Source: an uncultured virus (IMG/VR IMGVR_UViG_3300032322_002078)
Lineage: Duplodnaviria; Heunggongvirae; Uroviricota; Caudoviricetes
Direction: 5' to 3' (one strand)
IMG/VR virus record: IMGVR_UViG_3300032322_002078
Length of the DNA stretch: 64,000 nucleotides
Position 1 is the stretch's first letter; the number at the start of each line of letters is the position of its first letter. The notes below the pieces were generated by a model, which was not told where the DNA came from, did not search any database, and saw only the letters and a program-made list of their open reading frames with translations. Of this stretch, positions 36,094-47,252 are shown piece after piece. The translations under genes were made by a program, and so were the position numbers.

Positions 36094-39000
36094 TTATATG
36101 TTGTAATCAACCGGAAGCATATTGAATTTAACCATCGCATTGACTAGTTTTTGATATTGCTCGGGCTCGAAAAAGAACCTGACCTTTATCCATTGTCCGA
36201 ATAATTCTGTACTGTCAGTAAGTGTGTCTGAGCCTATGATTTGATTCGGTATCCCCGCGAAAAACTGATCTAATATCCAAGTAAAGTCAGATGCTAAAAC
36301 GCGAGTATTGTGCGCTTTTGTCGTAAACTCTATTTTAAATGGAACTACTTCTGAGTTCGACGCAATGGAAATAAATCTTTTTGAGCGATTCACCTCCACA
36401 TTAAAAACGATGTCTATGTAACCCTCTTCGATTTGAGCGCTTCCATTTACATCATACCACTTAAGGTACTGGCCTTCGTTATGCTGGAAGAGCTTAGATT
36501 TGTATTCGGCCGGTCTTGGACTTAGGTACTGATCCTCCCACGGTATGTAAATGTTGGGGTGCGGAGCAGCGTCGGCTACCGTAAACCTGTTTTTTATTTC
36601 ATTAAAATGAAATGTATTGAGATTGTAATATTCAGTATTGGTTATCTCGGGTCTATCGAAATATAACTCCCACCCAACTGACACTCCAGGCTTTGTGTCC
36701 TGGGTAGATAGATGATCCTCTGTCACGATGTAGAACACGGTCGTTCTCTCGAAGTTTATAAAGTTTATTTCGTCATCAAGATAAACTATGTCACCTTCTT
36801 TGTATTGGACGAGAGGCCTCCATGCTTTGGTTATCCCATCACCTTTTTTATAACGAGACGCTACAGATGTCCAAATGAACTCAAATAGCAGCTGGTTCCA
36901 TACGCCATGAATTCCTTCTAACCCATCTAGCTCTGATGTGTTTGATATCCAGGATGTGGCCTTTATTAAACCTGCTCTGAATAGAGCTCTGTCTGAAATC
37001 GGAACACAGCCGTCGGCGCCAAACCTCATTAGCTTCCTGTTTATTCTATCATAGTAGCAGGTTATGTCGTCTCCGCCCTGGGATTTACCCGTTAGAACCG
37101 AGAACAGATCAGAGCAGCCAAATGAAGACACCCTAGTGCCTGATCTCTGAAGTATAGACGCATCGCCAAAAACTATCTCGGCGCCATCCTCTAGCCTCAT
37201 GGTACCACCTGTAGCGAAATACTGCTTATAGAAGGCCTTTTGTTGTAACGTGAAGAGCTCTCCGTTGTGAACAACTAAATCGGTTAAGTACCCGTCTGTA
37301 GGATCGAGGTCTTTGTATGATGCCGGAGCTATCCTTCTGTAATAATCAGATATGGCCGACAGAGGTTTTTCGTCTGAAAAAACAAACCTAGACAGTAGTT
37401 TTCTAGGCTCTTTAAATGCGGCAGGATACGACAATAAATAGCCAACACCCTTTATTTCTATACTATAACCTTCGTTGTAATTATAGGGATCCAGGCTTTG
37501 TTTATCCAGCCAAGACAGAAGATTGGTCTGAGATGAGTTTGTTAATGGATATGAACCCGGGTAAAAATCGCCATCCTCAACGGAGTAGCATAGCGATATA
37601 TTTTTTTTGGTCTGCATGGTGATACAGATGCCCTGCGTCATTCCTCCTGTAATAGTTCCGAAATCCTCGGCTGTTTTTGTTATATGCCTGATGATCTGCT
37701 GTGTTGTTAAGGTGTCTCCACCGAAAACATCTACCTCTGACACGTTTTCGCCTGGGGATATGGATGACCCCGTGTAGACGTACCTTAGGGCTTGGGCGTC
37801 TGGGTATTGAACACCCACCGGAATATCCCGCTTTATCTGGATCATTCTGATTCCATAATCCTCTGGACTTTGGTTATTGATGCCTCCACTTAAAGTCTGC
37901 TGCAGCCTTGATACAAACCCAGGATTAAAAGAGAGGGCGTTTTGAGATTCTATAGATGCTGCATCTGAAAAGCCAAACTCAACAGAAGTGTTCTCTACGC
38001 CGGCGAATGTTGTGGTTCTTACTTTTAGGTTTGCGCTTTGCCAAAATAAGCTGTTTACAGGCGCATGAAAATAAATGCCGTTAGAGCCATCTCCTTCTGC
38101 AACGAGGCCAAGGGGGTTTGTAGAGTTAAATAGGTTTATAAACCCAGCAACGCCTAAGCTGGTATTGAACGAAGTGCTAACTGTACCATTTATAATAATT
38201 ACAAAACTACCTAGTGGCACAAACATGTCAAATGTATTTGCCGGACCAATAGCGCCAGGGACAGCATTGACGTCTTGTATATACGCAGCTGGAACTTGGC
38301 CTGGGCGTGGTATTTGGCCCATGCCCTTTGTTACATACCTGTCGGTCATGTAAGCGGGCGTCTCGGGATCGACCTGAGCTAGTTCGGTTATCTCAACCTC
38401 TTCTTTCTGGGTCAGGCCATCGGTGTAAAACCTGGAATAAAAATTTGAAGGATTATTACTAAGTGGGCTGTTAAACTGTAGATCTCTAGCAGGGGATCCG
38501 AAATTTATTATTTTATCGCCTGGCTGGATGTTTTTCAACCCGGAGCTAGTGAAGTTATCCGATGTGTATATACTGCAAAACCTGTCATTCCAAATGTAGC
38601 CACCGTCTAGCCCAGACAAGGGGCCTGAGTTCATCGTAAACCTGTCGTCATAATATCTCACGAAGAACGGCAGAAATTCATCTATATCGTATGGAGTGGC
38701 GTAAGCTAACTGAGTTTCCTGAGAGCCGCATATAAAAGGAAATTCATAGGACACCACTTTTATTCCTTTGTTCGGAGTTGTTGGTGTTGGATCTCCTGTA
38801 TCTAAAGCAATTCGGGAATATACGATACTGACGCGCTGAGTCGCCGAGAGCAGAGTTCTAAATGCTGGCGGTGTCTCAACTGGAGCAGTAGCAGTCAGTA
38901 GTTCGGTAGTTGCGCACTCCACATGCATGACAGCATATCCTGATCCGATAATTGTTGGATTTGACACTTCTGCGCGGAAGAATTCAACACTTTCTATAAT

Positions 39001-41133
39001 GGAAGAAGCCTGGACGCCGTTTATCAAAACCGAATCAAAATCAATGTTTTTGATTGATATATAGGGAACCAGGTCCTTCATCTCATAGAGCTCTATGCCT
39101 GTAGGAGAAACTCCGGTCACTACCTTTCTTGTTAAATCGTATGAATCCAAACCGGATATCCGCTTACCGTCTGCAGATGTGGGCTCGGTGTCAATGGTGA
39201 TGTCAAAAAGTTTCTTTACATCAGTAGTGCTGCCATCGGTAAATTTAACCCTGGCTGATATCCGATAGGTTTCATTGAGCATATATCCGGAATAATTGAA
39301 TACGTTTCCGGGGTCTTGGGATCCACCGTAAGTAGAGACGGCGACACTAGACGAGTTATAAGATATCTCTTTTTTCTCTAAGCTGTAACGAAAGTTTGAC
39401 AAGAAATCACCGATGTCGTAATCGCTTATCCGTAGCCTCCCGAGAAGAAGTCTGTTCCTGATTATATTCAAGGTATCCGCAGAGCTGTATATCTGAGTCT
39501 GAACGTCAAATTCTGCCTGGATTACAGTCGTTGGTATTTCTGAACCGAGATGGGTAACAATTAGCTCGGATATGCCTGGCTGAGTTGCTATTTTGGCAAA
39601 AATGCCGTATGTGTTGAAGTCGATTCCGATTTGCAGCCTTTGGGCTGCGGCTATCTCTACATAAGAATATAATTCGGAGTTAATGTTGGATATCTTAATT
39701 CCGTTTGATTTAGATGTTTGTACTCCGGGCTCGTCGCCCATTATTGATGCCGGCACACCTGTATTAGCAGAATACACAGGAACCTCGTTAGATGGAAGCG
39801 ACCAATCTGTAGGCGTTCCGTCTGACAAAACACCTCTAGCAAAATATATGATATTGCCAGATAGTAACGAGCCCCCGCTAGAGTTCTGTTGCTCTAGGCT
39901 TATCTTAAACGAAGGTCTGTCTGGCTGTAATTTTATTTGCTTGAATATATTTCCGTATGAATAATAACCTGTGTCAGAGAAAAGGTTTATAGCACCATCT
40001 TCGATATAAGCAGAATCATCATTGTAGTAAAACGAGCCAAATGGAGCGCCTGTAAAGTATATACTTTTTCTGTCAAGAGAAACCTGCCCTCTGACCTTCT
40101 TTTTTAAGAATGAAAACCAATTCAACTCCTTAGACCTCAATAGCCTGGTGTAACTCCAAGTGTTTGTTACTTTGTTTTTTCTAGCAACGCCTATTTCACC
40201 TAGTCCGAAAGGATTTAAAGTTATATGAGCTGCTGAAAAATCTATTGAAGTAGCTGGTATTCGAAGAAAAATTATTCTAGCTCTGTATTCTATGTAAGAT
40301 CCTGTTGGGGTAATTATCTCTGTCTGGATTATTGTTGCATTGTAGGTTCCGTTCAACGCAACTGGCTGAGTTATTCCGGTTAAATATATCTCTACCTGAG
40401 TTCCTAGATCATAGGTGTCTCCTGGGCTTCCGAAAAAAACATCTATCGTAGCTATCTCGCCAGTTATAGCAAATGCCACAATATTGATGTTTGATATTTT
40501 TATTTTTTCCGGCTTCCGGTATTGGGGAGATGATAAGATAAAAACATCGCCGAGTATATCCCAGCTTCCTATGGGCCTTAGTGGCCCGGATCTGGTCTCA
40601 GTTATAGCTTCTCTTATTATTGAAATCGACAGCTCTTTATTTCCTGTGTTTTTTATTATATAGTCATAATAACTTGGCATCGAGCCCTGTGAGCTCTCTA
40701 TTACTATAACCCATGTATTAGGTGATGTTATTGTAGGGTAAAGTTGATCGGCCGGGTATATCTGAGAGACGACACCATTAGATGTCAAAAAACCCTGAAC
40801 AACACCTCCGGGGGCAAAATCAGAAGCGCTAAAAAAAGTTACATCTGATGGCAGCATTGAGGACAACCCGTTCGACCTCAAAAGCGAAAATCCATACAGT
40901 TCACCGGAGTCCTGTTCTGGGAATCTGAATAAATACGCCTTGTTTTGAGGCTGAACCTCGCCGAGGTCAGCTGCATACGTATTCCCGATCATCGGGGTAA
41001 TAGCTGATGATTCTCCGGATGAAGACTTTATGTGATCGATGTTCCTGGCGTCAGGATAATTGCCGTTCCTGATGTCTTGAATATCGGAATCGGTGTCAAT
41101 TCCCCCGAAGCTCCTTAACTTTACCGATGGCAT
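36094..41133 (-). CDS. tail stabilisation/muzzle-like protein (crAss-like)
   Basis: 1679 aa; FGGIDTD...YPDARNI N-terminus, YMLNETYR, VFGGDT, and a C-terminal P22 gp10-like region. Confidence 0.75.
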   Translation of the reverse strand: MPSVKLRSFGGIDTDSDIQDIRNGNYPDARNIDHIKSSSGESSAITPMIGNTYAADLGEVQPQNKAYLFRFPEQDSGELYGFSLLRSNGLSSMLPSDVTFFSASDFAPGGVVQGFLTSNGVVSQIYPADQLYPTITSPNTWVIVIESSQGSMPSYYDYIIKNTGNKELSISIIREAITETRSGPLRPIGSWDILGDVFILSSPQYRKPEKIKISNINIVAFAITGEIATIDVFFGSPGDTYDLGTQVEIYLTGITQPVALNGTYNATIIQTEIITPTGSYIEYRARIIFLRIPATSIDFSAAHITLNPFGLGEIGVARKNKVTNTWSYTRLLRSKELNWFSFLKKKVRGQVSLDRKSIYFTGAPFGSFYYNDDSAYIEDGAINLFSDTGYYSYGNIFKQIKLQPDRPSFKISLEQQNSSGGSLLSGNIIYFARGVLSDGTPTDWSLPSNEVPVYSANTGVPASIMGDEPGVQTSKSNGIKISNINSELYSYVEIAAAQRLQIGIDFNTYGIFAKIATQPGISELIVTHLGSEIPTTVIQAEFDVQTQIYSSADTLNIIRNRLLLGRLRISDYDIGDFLSNFRYSLEKKEISYNSSSVAVSTYGGSQDPGNVFNYSGYMLNETYRISARVKFTDGSTTDVKKLFDITIDTEPTSADGKRISGLDSYDLTRKVVTGVSPTGIELYEMKDLVPYISIKNIDFDSVLINGVQASSIIESVEFFRAEVSNPTIIGSGYAVMHVECATTELLTATAPVETPPAFRTLLSATQRVSIVYSRIALDTGDPTPTTPNKGIKVVSYEFPFICGSQETQLAYATPYDIDEFLPFFVRYYDDRFTMNSGPLSGLDGGYIWNDRFCSIYTSDNFTSSGLKNIQPGDKIINFGSPARDLQFNSPLSNNPSNFYSRFYTDGLTQKEEVEITELAQVDPETPAYMTDRYVTKGMGQIPRPGQVPAAYIQDVNAVPGAIGPANTFDMFVPLGSFVIIINGTVSTSFNTSLGVAGFINLFNSTNPLGLVAEGDGSNGIYFHAPVNSLFWQSANLKVRTTTFAGVENTSVEFGFSDAASIESQNALSFNPGFVSRLQQTLSGGINNQSPEDYGIRMIQIKRDIPVGVQYPDAQALRYVYTGSSISPGENVSEVDVFGGDTLTTQQIIRHITKTAEDFGTITGGMTQGICITMQTKKNISLCYSVEDGDFYPGSYPLTNSSQTNLLSWLDKQSLDPYNYNEGYSIEIKGVGYLLSYPAAFKEPRKLLSRFVFSDEKPLSAISDYYRRIAPASYKDLDPTDGYLTDLVVHNGELFTLQQKAFYKQYFATGGTMRLEDGAEIVFGDASILQRSGTRVSSFGCSDLFSVLTGKSQGGDDITCYYDRINRKLMRFGADGCVPISDRALFRAGLIKATSWISNTSELDGLEGIHGVWNQLLFEFIWTSVASRYKKGDGITKAWRPLVQYKEGDIVYLDDEINFINFERTTVFYIVTEDHLSTQDTKPGVSVGWELYFDRPEITNTEYYNLNTFHFNEIKNRFTVADAAPHPNIYIPWEDQYLSPRPAEYKSKLFQHNEGQYLKWYDVNGSAQIEEGYIDIVFNVEVNRSKRFISIASNSEVVPFKIEFTTKAHNTRVLASDFTWILDQFFAGIPNQIIGSDTLTDSTELFGQWIKVRFFFEPEQYQKLVNAMVKFNMLPVDYNI

Positions 41134-41831
41134 TATATATCAAAATTTGTATTATAAATTAATGCTGATGTAATCGCCTTTATCTGAGTTCTTTTGTTTT
41201 TAAATTCTCTCAGGTTGGCCTCTCCGTTCAAAAACCTTCTTTGGGCCATCCATTCTTGCCTGTAAGACTCTGCTTGCTGTGGGTTATACATATCATCGTA
41301 TGTCCTAGCAAATTGATAGCATGCATAAGATCTTAGAGCCCTTATTTGATAATCATAAATAACCATCAAGCAGTCTTCGTCTAAATTTCTGCCTTCATAG
41401 GTCATTATTGCATGCGTTGCCGTTGTCGTGGTGTTAAAAACCCAATACCCGTCGACTATCTGACCGGTTTTTTGTATAGGGCTATAGGAAGACGTCGAGC
41501 TGTCTTCGCAGTCGCATTGCTTTAAGTAATTTTTGTCAAAATACAACACCCTTGTATTGGGTTCAGTTGACACTTCTTCAGACGGATTTGGCGACACCAA
41601 TTCCAGCGCCAAAGGCCTTATGAATCCATCAGGAAGTCTGAACATCAGATTTTCTATCTCGAAACACTCTGTTCGCTTTATATAAGTGTCTCTGTTCCAT
41701 AAATGCTGAGCCCCTTCATATATCAATGAAAGTAAATCATCATCGTGAGTGGTATCGGTTATCCTGAGTCTTCTTTTAGCCGAAGCCAGTACGTTTTTTG
41801 CGCTAATTGGATGTGCTGTACCGGTTTTCAT
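41133..41831 (-). CDS. tail ring/tubular-type protein
   Basis: LPDGF..., ALRSY motifs; position before the muzzle-like gene. Confidence 0.6.
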   Translation of the reverse strand: MKTGTAHPISAKNVLASAKRRLRITDTTHDDDLLSLIYEGAQHLWNRDTYIKRTECFEIENLMFRLPDGFIRPLALELVSPNPSEEVSTEPNTRVLYFDKNYLKQCDCEDSSTSSYSPIQKTGQIVDGYWVFNTTTTATHAIMTYEGRNLDEDCLMVIYDYQIRALRSYACYQFARTYDDMYNPQQAESYRQEWMAQRRFLNGEANLREFKNKRTQIKAITSALIYNTNFDI

Positions 41832-42493
41832 TGCCTAACTGGTTTTGGAAGCGTCGAGTCGGGTGCTGAGTTGCTTATAGCCTCTTTTATCGTTGATACT
41901 ATTTGCTTTAGATCTGTTGATATCAAATAGTCTTTTGCCATTGCAAATATTTCGTTTGTAATCGGATAATCATCTTGCTCAGAATTGAATTCCGGAATTG
42001 AATTCGGATCTACAAATACACCTCTTACCATGAGTCTTTTTGGCGCTTTGTACGGCTCTACCATAAGTCTTATTAAAGCCATATCTGGAAAATGAATTAC
42101 CGGTGGCTCTTTTTCATAGATCTTCTTAACAACCTGATCGTCTAAGTTGCTAGTGTATTGCTCTAGGCTATGAACCTGTATGTATTGGTAAGTACCGGCA
42201 TCATTTCCTATGAACTCTAGTCCTCCTGAAAGTGACGTTCTCTGAATTGTTGGGGGAATGCTGTAAACCGCGTAACAATCAGATTCCTGTTGCTCTTTGT
42301 TGAATACAAGAAATGTAGTCTGAACAAGCTGTTTTGGAAGAACTCTTTTCTTTATAGAATATGAGGCAATGGCGACCTCTCTGCCCATCGCGAGAAGCGC
42401 AGCCATAAATCTGTAGTTAAGCCTGTTTTCATCAGATATAGCGCCTCCATCCGTAAGAGCCTGAAGTTGATCTATGTAAGCCTTTTCAATCAT
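41828..42493 (-). CDS. tail ring protein
   Basis: VRGVFVDP...DDYPI motif typical of crAss-like ring proteins. Confidence 0.65.
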   Translation of the reverse strand: MIEKAYIDQLQALTDGGAISDENRLNYRFMAALLAMGREVAIASYSIKKRVLPKQLVQTTFLVFNKEQQESDCYAVYSIPPTIQRTSLSGGLEFIGNDAGTYQYIQVHSLEQYTSNLDDQVVKKIYEKEPPVIHFPDMALIRLMVEPYKAPKRLMVRGVFVDPNSIPEFNSEQDDYPITNEIFAMAKDYLISTDLKQIVSTIKEAISNSAPDSTLPKPVRQ

Positions 42494-42494
42494 A

Positions 42495-43379
42495 TTATGG
42501 ATTTATCATGATTTCTCGATCTTGTGCGCCAGCAGCATTATAATCTTTAAAATCCAAATGAAAACTTTTCGCGGCCTCGTCTATGATGTGATTTATGAAG
42601 CCTTCATTGTAGGTTTCAAGGTACTCTATCACGTTGTCTTCTAGATTAAAGAATACAACGCTCCTGGATATGTAGTCGATTTTTGCAAGCACGGGGATGA
42701 CCCCTTCGGCCGGGGAATACGGATATATAGCTATACCTTCGTCTGAAACCTGGTATGCCGGATAATATTCGCTAGGAGATTTTAAGGTCGATATTTTTTC
42801 GTCGCTTTTAATCTCAAAACAATATGCCTCTGCAACCTCTTTTATATCGATCTGCGAGCCAGATACAAATGGGCCGCCTGCAGCAAAAGGAGTTGTCAGG
42901 CTTGAATCTGTATACATCCCGTATTTATAAACCGATACTCTTTTCAAATAAACCTCGGCTATAGCTCCAGGAGGAACTGTCCCAGGCATTGAGGTTATTC
43001 GGATACGACTTCCTGTTCGAAGCCGGAGTGGGTTTCTGAATTGAATAATCGGAGCAGAGTTCGGCGCTAAAGACACAGACACCACCTGGATTACACCAGG
43101 TACTTTTTTATAATACGTCGCGGCAACGGCTAAAATGTACTCGATTGAATTGTCGTATAAATTAACCCTTCCTGCCGATGGAGTGAATGAAACATCTGTT
43201 TTTATAACAGATTTCAGCTCAGTAAATTCTATATGCTCATTAAGACCCCTGTATTTTAGCTTAATAGAATTTATGAGCGCACGTCTAAATCGCCTATTCT
43301 TTTTAGGAACATCTTCTATTCCTGAATATGGCTGACCTATCTGTTGCTCATAAATTCTATTTATTTCAACTCCAGTCAT
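42495..43379 (-). CDS. head-tail adaptor/ring protein
   Basis: Position after the capsid block; DYIS..., HIIDEAA C-terminal pattern. Confidence 0.55.
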   Translation of the reverse strand: MTGVEINRIYEQQIGQPYSGIEDVPKKNRRFRRALINSIKLKYRGLNEHIEFTELKSVIKTDVSFTPSAGRVNLYDNSIEYILAVAATYYKKVPGVIQVVSVSLAPNSAPIIQFRNPLRLRTGSRIRITSMPGTVPPGAIAEVYLKRVSVYKYGMYTDSSLTTPFAAGGPFVSGSQIDIKEVAEAYCFEIKSDEKISTLKSPSEYYPAYQVSDEGIAIYPYSPAEGVIPVLAKIDYISRSVVFFNLEDNVIEYLETYNEGFINHIIDEAAKSFHLDFKDYNAAGAQDREIMINP

Positions 43380-43390
43380 CTGCTAGTTGA

Positions 43391-43609
43391 TTAAAATCTA
43401 CTTCGCTGACCTACCGGAGCTGTCGTTGGCCGACGCGCAGTGGTTCTGTTTATTTCCCCAGATCCTTCGCCTACTGAAGCATCGTTCTCTGAAGCATCGT
43501 TCTCTGAAGCATCATCCTCTGAAGCACCATCCTCTGAAGAATTATTTTCTAATTCCTCAGTTGTCGATTCCTCGATTGGCTGGTTTTTTCCGGCTTTATT
43601 TTTGCTCAT
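43391..43609 (-). CDS. small acidic repeat protein
   Basis: 72 aa with (D/G)ASE repeats. Confidence 0.5.
   Translation of the reverse strand: MSKNKAGKNQPIEESTTEELENNSSEDGASEDDASENDASENDASVGEGSGEINRTTARRPTTAPVGQRSRF
43474..43539. repeat. 15-bp tandem repeat (~4.4 copies)
   Basis: CTGAAGCATCGTTCT and variants. Confidence 0.85.
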
Positions 43610-43660
43610 TGCTTTGGTTTTAAGTGAGTTTTGTTTTACAATAAATTGAGTGCTAATTTA

Positions 43661-43927
43661 TTACTTTTTTGTTGATTTACCCCCTGAGCCGTTGCGTGCC
43701 CTATTTTTAGGTTGAAACTCCTGAGTTGTGCCTCCTGACTTTTTATGAGAAACATCTTTCTTATCGCCATTTCCATACGTACCGGCCTCCCTGTTTTTTT
43801 TATTAAGCTCAGCTCTGTATTTCTTTCTTTCCGGTGAGGATTGATATTTTTTATCGTAATCGTAATCTCTCCCTGTTTTTTCGTTGTAATGACTTTTGCC
43901 TTTGCCGGCTAGTTTGTTTCGTGCCAT
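43661..43927 (-). CDS. small basic protein, HNH-like (DVSH...NRARN)
   Basis: GDKKDVSHKK...KNRARNG; ATG 3 nt after a TATATTTG box. Confidence 0.6.
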   Translation of the reverse strand: MARNKLAGKGKSHYNEKTGRDYDYDKKYQSSPERKKYRAELNKKNREAGTYGNGDKKDVSHKKSGGTTQEFQPKNRARNGSGGKSTKK

Positions 43928-43935
43928 GCACAAAT

Positions 43936-43970
43936 ATAAAAAGGGCTGCATAATATACAGCCCTTTTTAT
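43936..43970. terminator. rho-independent terminator
   Basis: ATAAAAAGGGCTG-N9-CAGCCCTTTTTAT, with T tracts on both strands. Confidence 0.8.
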
Positions 43971-43987
43971 GTAAATTATTTTTGATT

Positions 43988-44986
43988 TTAAGCGCTAACT
44001 GTTACAGCTTTCTTCCCTGACGATGGAACGGTTGGTCCTAGCTGGTTTTTACCGGTGACGGTGCCTTCTTTTTTTCCTTTCCCTTCTTCCTCTTCCTGGG
44101 CGGGTTTAGTAGGTTCACTAGAAATACTAAGTTTAACAGAATTTACAAGGGTTTCGAACACCTTCTTTGTGTCCGATAGTTTTTGCTCTTTACAAGCCAG
44201 AGTATAAGCCGCCGCTGAGGTGTCTGCTGACTTGAGCATTATTTTAACCTGGCTTAATGAATCATTATCCTGTTTGAAGTGGTTCACTATTTCATCAGAT
44301 GTAGATCCTACAGGAGAATTTCCTAACCTGTAAACACTTCCAGATAAAGTAAGAACGCCTAGCGCTATGGCTTTTTCTGCCACTAGTCTAATCGATTCTC
44401 CTGACTCTGTTTCCGTCCATTCCACAAACTCTTCTATCGACTCTGCAGTTGCTAGTATCGGAGACGTGGAAAAACTGCATAACGCATTCGCGACCTGAAG
44501 AGGTGTCAGTTTACCAGGGTTTATTCCGAACCTGAAGGCACATAACCTCCATTTCTCAGCACCCAAAGAAATTAACTTCACTACTGCTGCGCTACGCTTG
44601 GTTACTAAAGAAAAGTCTTCTTCTGTACCTCTTTGCTCTAGGGTTATGATCCAATTCGTTTTTCCGGAGTAGTTTTCGTGCTGCTTTTCTGTTGATGAGT
44701 TGAATACATTGGGGTGCGATAGGATGAACTCGGCCTCTACGGTGGATTGAGATCGCTCGTCCTTGGGGTCGTATTCCAGTACATATTCTGAATCCTGAGC
44801 TGTAAAGCCTCGTCTTTTTTCTTCACGGCGAACATTTCCGCCATAAAGAGGTCCTTCATAAATCTCTCCTGACACCAAAAGATTTATCTGCTTCTGACGC
44901 TTAGGATGAATATAGGAATACTGAAAAGATGTAATACCTGAACCCGATAGGTCCACAGGTCTTAAAATAAGTTTTTCAAATGCCAT
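43988..44986 (-). CDS. conserved head-region protein
   Basis: 332 aa downstream of the capsid genes; EFILSHP and KAIALGVL...YRLG motifs. Confidence 0.6.
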   Translation of the reverse strand: MAFEKLILRPVDLSGSGITSFQYSYIHPKRQKQINLLVSGEIYEGPLYGGNVRREEKRRGFTAQDSEYVLEYDPKDERSQSTVEAEFILSHPNVFNSSTEKQHENYSGKTNWIITLEQRGTEEDFSLVTKRSAAVVKLISLGAEKWRLCAFRFGINPGKLTPLQVANALCSFSTSPILATAESIEEFVEWTETESGESIRLVAEKAIALGVLTLSGSVYRLGNSPVGSTSDEIVNHFKQDNDSLSQVKIMLKSADTSAAAYTLACKEQKLSDTKKVFETLVNSVKLSISSEPTKPAQEEEEGKGKKEGTVTGKNQLGPTVPSSGKKAVTVSA

Positions 44987-45041
44987 TTTTATCGATGTTT
45001 GTTAGTACAAAAATAAATTTTTATTTTATAGAAACAACAGA

Positions 45042-45074
45042 TAAAAAAATAAGAGGGCCAAAAGACCCTCTTAT
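45042..45074 (-). terminator. rho-independent terminator after the capsid operon
   Basis: ATAAGAGGG...CCCTCTTAT stem followed on the - strand by a T run. Confidence 0.75.
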
Positions 45075-45094
45075 CTGTGAAATCAATAATCTTC

Positions 45095-45835
45095 TTACGT
45101 CAATACAGCATTAGGGAATGCTGCGCGGACGGCTGTTTTAAAAGCAGCCGCAATAGTGCCGTCTGAATTATTGTAATAGATGTAAAGCTGGGCAAATTGA
45201 TCCCTTTTCTGCGTGTTGCCATCAGAGATGGGTATCGCGTAATTAAGAATCATCATGTCATACGAATTTCCTGAAACCGGAACCGCGCTGATTGTTTGAA
45301 ACCCTTCTGCTAAAAGATTTGCCCCCTGTCCAATCGGAACAACCCCTGGTGTAGATGGGGCTGCAACTGTAATGCCGGTTGTAAGAGCCTCTATCGTAAA
45401 CAAAGGATTTGTCACCTTCGCGGTGTGAGTAATCACCGCTGCAGCTGACGTACATGAAGCTAGGTCTACAGCTCCAGCGCTAAGCAGAGCATTCACAATA
45501 GCTGTCAAGGCGGTTGCGATAGTCGTAGTTGTGTCACCTGTAACGGCTTCATACATAACTGTCCGCGTGATGTACTCTCCGCTTAACGAGTCTTTGAATG
45601 TGATGGTATACCCGTAGCTTTGGCCAGCTGTAGCTGTGGCGACAGTAACAGTCTGCACCTGAGCAGTTGCGGCTACACCTGTTTTCTCCGTAAGGAGTTC
45701 GGCTAGTGCGGCCTCGATGGACGGAGTGATATTGGCGCCTGCCCCGATCAGGACTCTTCCTCTGGATGTAACGACATCCGCACCTGCGGCTTGAACTGTG
45801 TTCAATACGAGGTAAAGTGGTTGGTTAGTATTCAT
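45095..45835 (-). CDS. auxiliary capsid/decoration protein
   Basis: A/T/V-rich 246 aa directly after the MCP. Confidence 0.6.
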   Translation of the reverse strand: MNTNQPLYLVLNTVQAAGADVVTSRGRVLIGAGANITPSIEAALAELLTEKTGVAATAQVQTVTVATATAGQSYGYTITFKDSLSGEYITRTVMYEAVTGDTTTTIATALTAIVNALLSAGAVDLASCTSAAAVITHTAKVTNPLFTIEALTTGITVAAPSTPGVVPIGQGANLLAEGFQTISAVPVSGNSYDMMILNYAIPISDGNTQKRDQFAQLYIYYNNSDGTIAAAFKTAVRAAFPNAVLT

Positions 45836-45879
45836 TTCTTTGGATTTAAGTTTATGATTAAAAGATTTCCAGAGCAGAA

Positions 45880-47235
45880 TTAAACTAATTCCATCTTACC
45901 ACTGAACTTACCAAGCATATCGATACCGCAGTCAGCCATTACGTGATAAGAGCTGTTGTCGATATCTGTTACAACACGGTTTGCAGAAGCGGCGCGAATA
46001 GCGTCGTCGGTAGGTCCGCCAGAAGGAGCTGAGTCCATACCGGCAATAAAGGCTTCGTAATATTCAGAATCTCCGAAATGGAATTTTTCAATTGCCGGAG
46101 CAGTTCCTCCACCCTTTACAGGGATTGGATCAAGATCCAGGCAATAGCAATCGTACTGACGCTTACGGAACTCTGCGCCTGGGATGCCTGAGGCTTCAGG
46201 GAAGAATTCTGGATCGTTCAAAATAGGAAGCTCGATAAAGTTGTACTCCATTCCAGCTATAGCGTACTGCATGATGTTAAGACCACTCACGTCAGCTCCG
46301 CCGAATGTGTTAAGCCTACCGGTGTTTACGATATAATCTTTAGTGAAATTCTTCTGGATATGGTAAAGGAACCCGCGACCCATTGCAAGGAATTTTGTTC
46401 CCTGAACTGCTTTCCTGTCATATACATCCGAAAGGAACTTCTCGAACATACCCTCACTAGGAAGACCGCTCATTGGGTAATAAACACCACGACCAATAGG
46501 CCTTTCCTTAATAGCCCAGTCGATACCTCCATTGGTGTTGGTTTCTTTTCCGTTGACCAATTTCTTACCTCTGCGGCCCCATAACCACATAAACTCCTTG
46601 CGCTTAAGCATCATTTCGATTGCCAAGGGCTGCTGAGCTTCCCACCACATTCCACCAGACCACATAACACGCGACTTTATTTTGTCACGACGAGATACAG
46701 TGGTGCTCTCGCGAATAACCTGCGAGTAGTTGAAGTCGACCTCAGGGAACTGGTACAGCGATTGACGTCCAGCAGAGTTTCTAAGCGCCTGGGCGTCACC
46801 GTAGGCCTTCATAAACTTACCAGCGATGAACTCAGCTGCTAGCTGCGCTAGAGTTGTACCTCCTGGAGCCGGTGTAACCGTCACGACTCCCGCTGTTTTT
46901 GAAACAACAATACCCTGTACTGATGTTGATTCGCACATCACAAGGTCTTCGGTACGGAAGTTGTCATAAGACGGGTCTGTCAAGACCACGACAACGTTCT
47001 GCCCTACTGTAGATGCAGAGCTGATTTGCTGGATTACATATCCGTTCGTCATGAACGATTTTTCGTATGCATCCACATCCACGCTCTTCGAAGCTCCGGC
47101 GTTGATGATATTAACAAGCGTTAATAGCTTGCTGTATCCGCCGGAAAGATCAAGAACTCTCGAGAAGTCGTTGCGATCATTCAGCGCACGACTGTATAGA
47201 TTCTCTTCGATGTTCAGTGTTGATACCTGATTCAT
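45880..47235 (-). CDS. major capsid protein
   Basis: 451 aa after portal and scaffold; NYSQVIR, EFMWLWG, TNGGI, ELPILND motifs consistent with a crAss-like MCP. Confidence 0.8.
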   Translation of the reverse strand: MNQVSTLNIEENLYSRALNDRNDFSRVLDLSGGYSKLLTLVNIINAGASKSVDVDAYEKSFMTNGYVIQQISSASTVGQNVVVVLTDPSYDNFRTEDLVMCESTSVQGIVVSKTAGVVTVTPAPGGTTLAQLAAEFIAGKFMKAYGDAQALRNSAGRQSLYQFPEVDFNYSQVIRESTTVSRRDKIKSRVMWSGGMWWEAQQPLAIEMMLKRKEFMWLWGRRGKKLVNGKETNTNGGIDWAIKERPIGRGVYYPMSGLPSEGMFEKFLSDVYDRKAVQGTKFLAMGRGFLYHIQKNFTKDYIVNTGRLNTFGGADVSGLNIMQYAIAGMEYNFIELPILNDPEFFPEASGIPGAEFRKRQYDCYCLDLDPIPVKGGGTAPAIEKFHFGDSEYYEAFIAGMDSAPSGGPTDDAIRAASANRVVTDIDNSSYHVMADCGIDMLGKFSGKMELV

Positions 47236-47252
47236 TTTTTGTCAAAGATTGG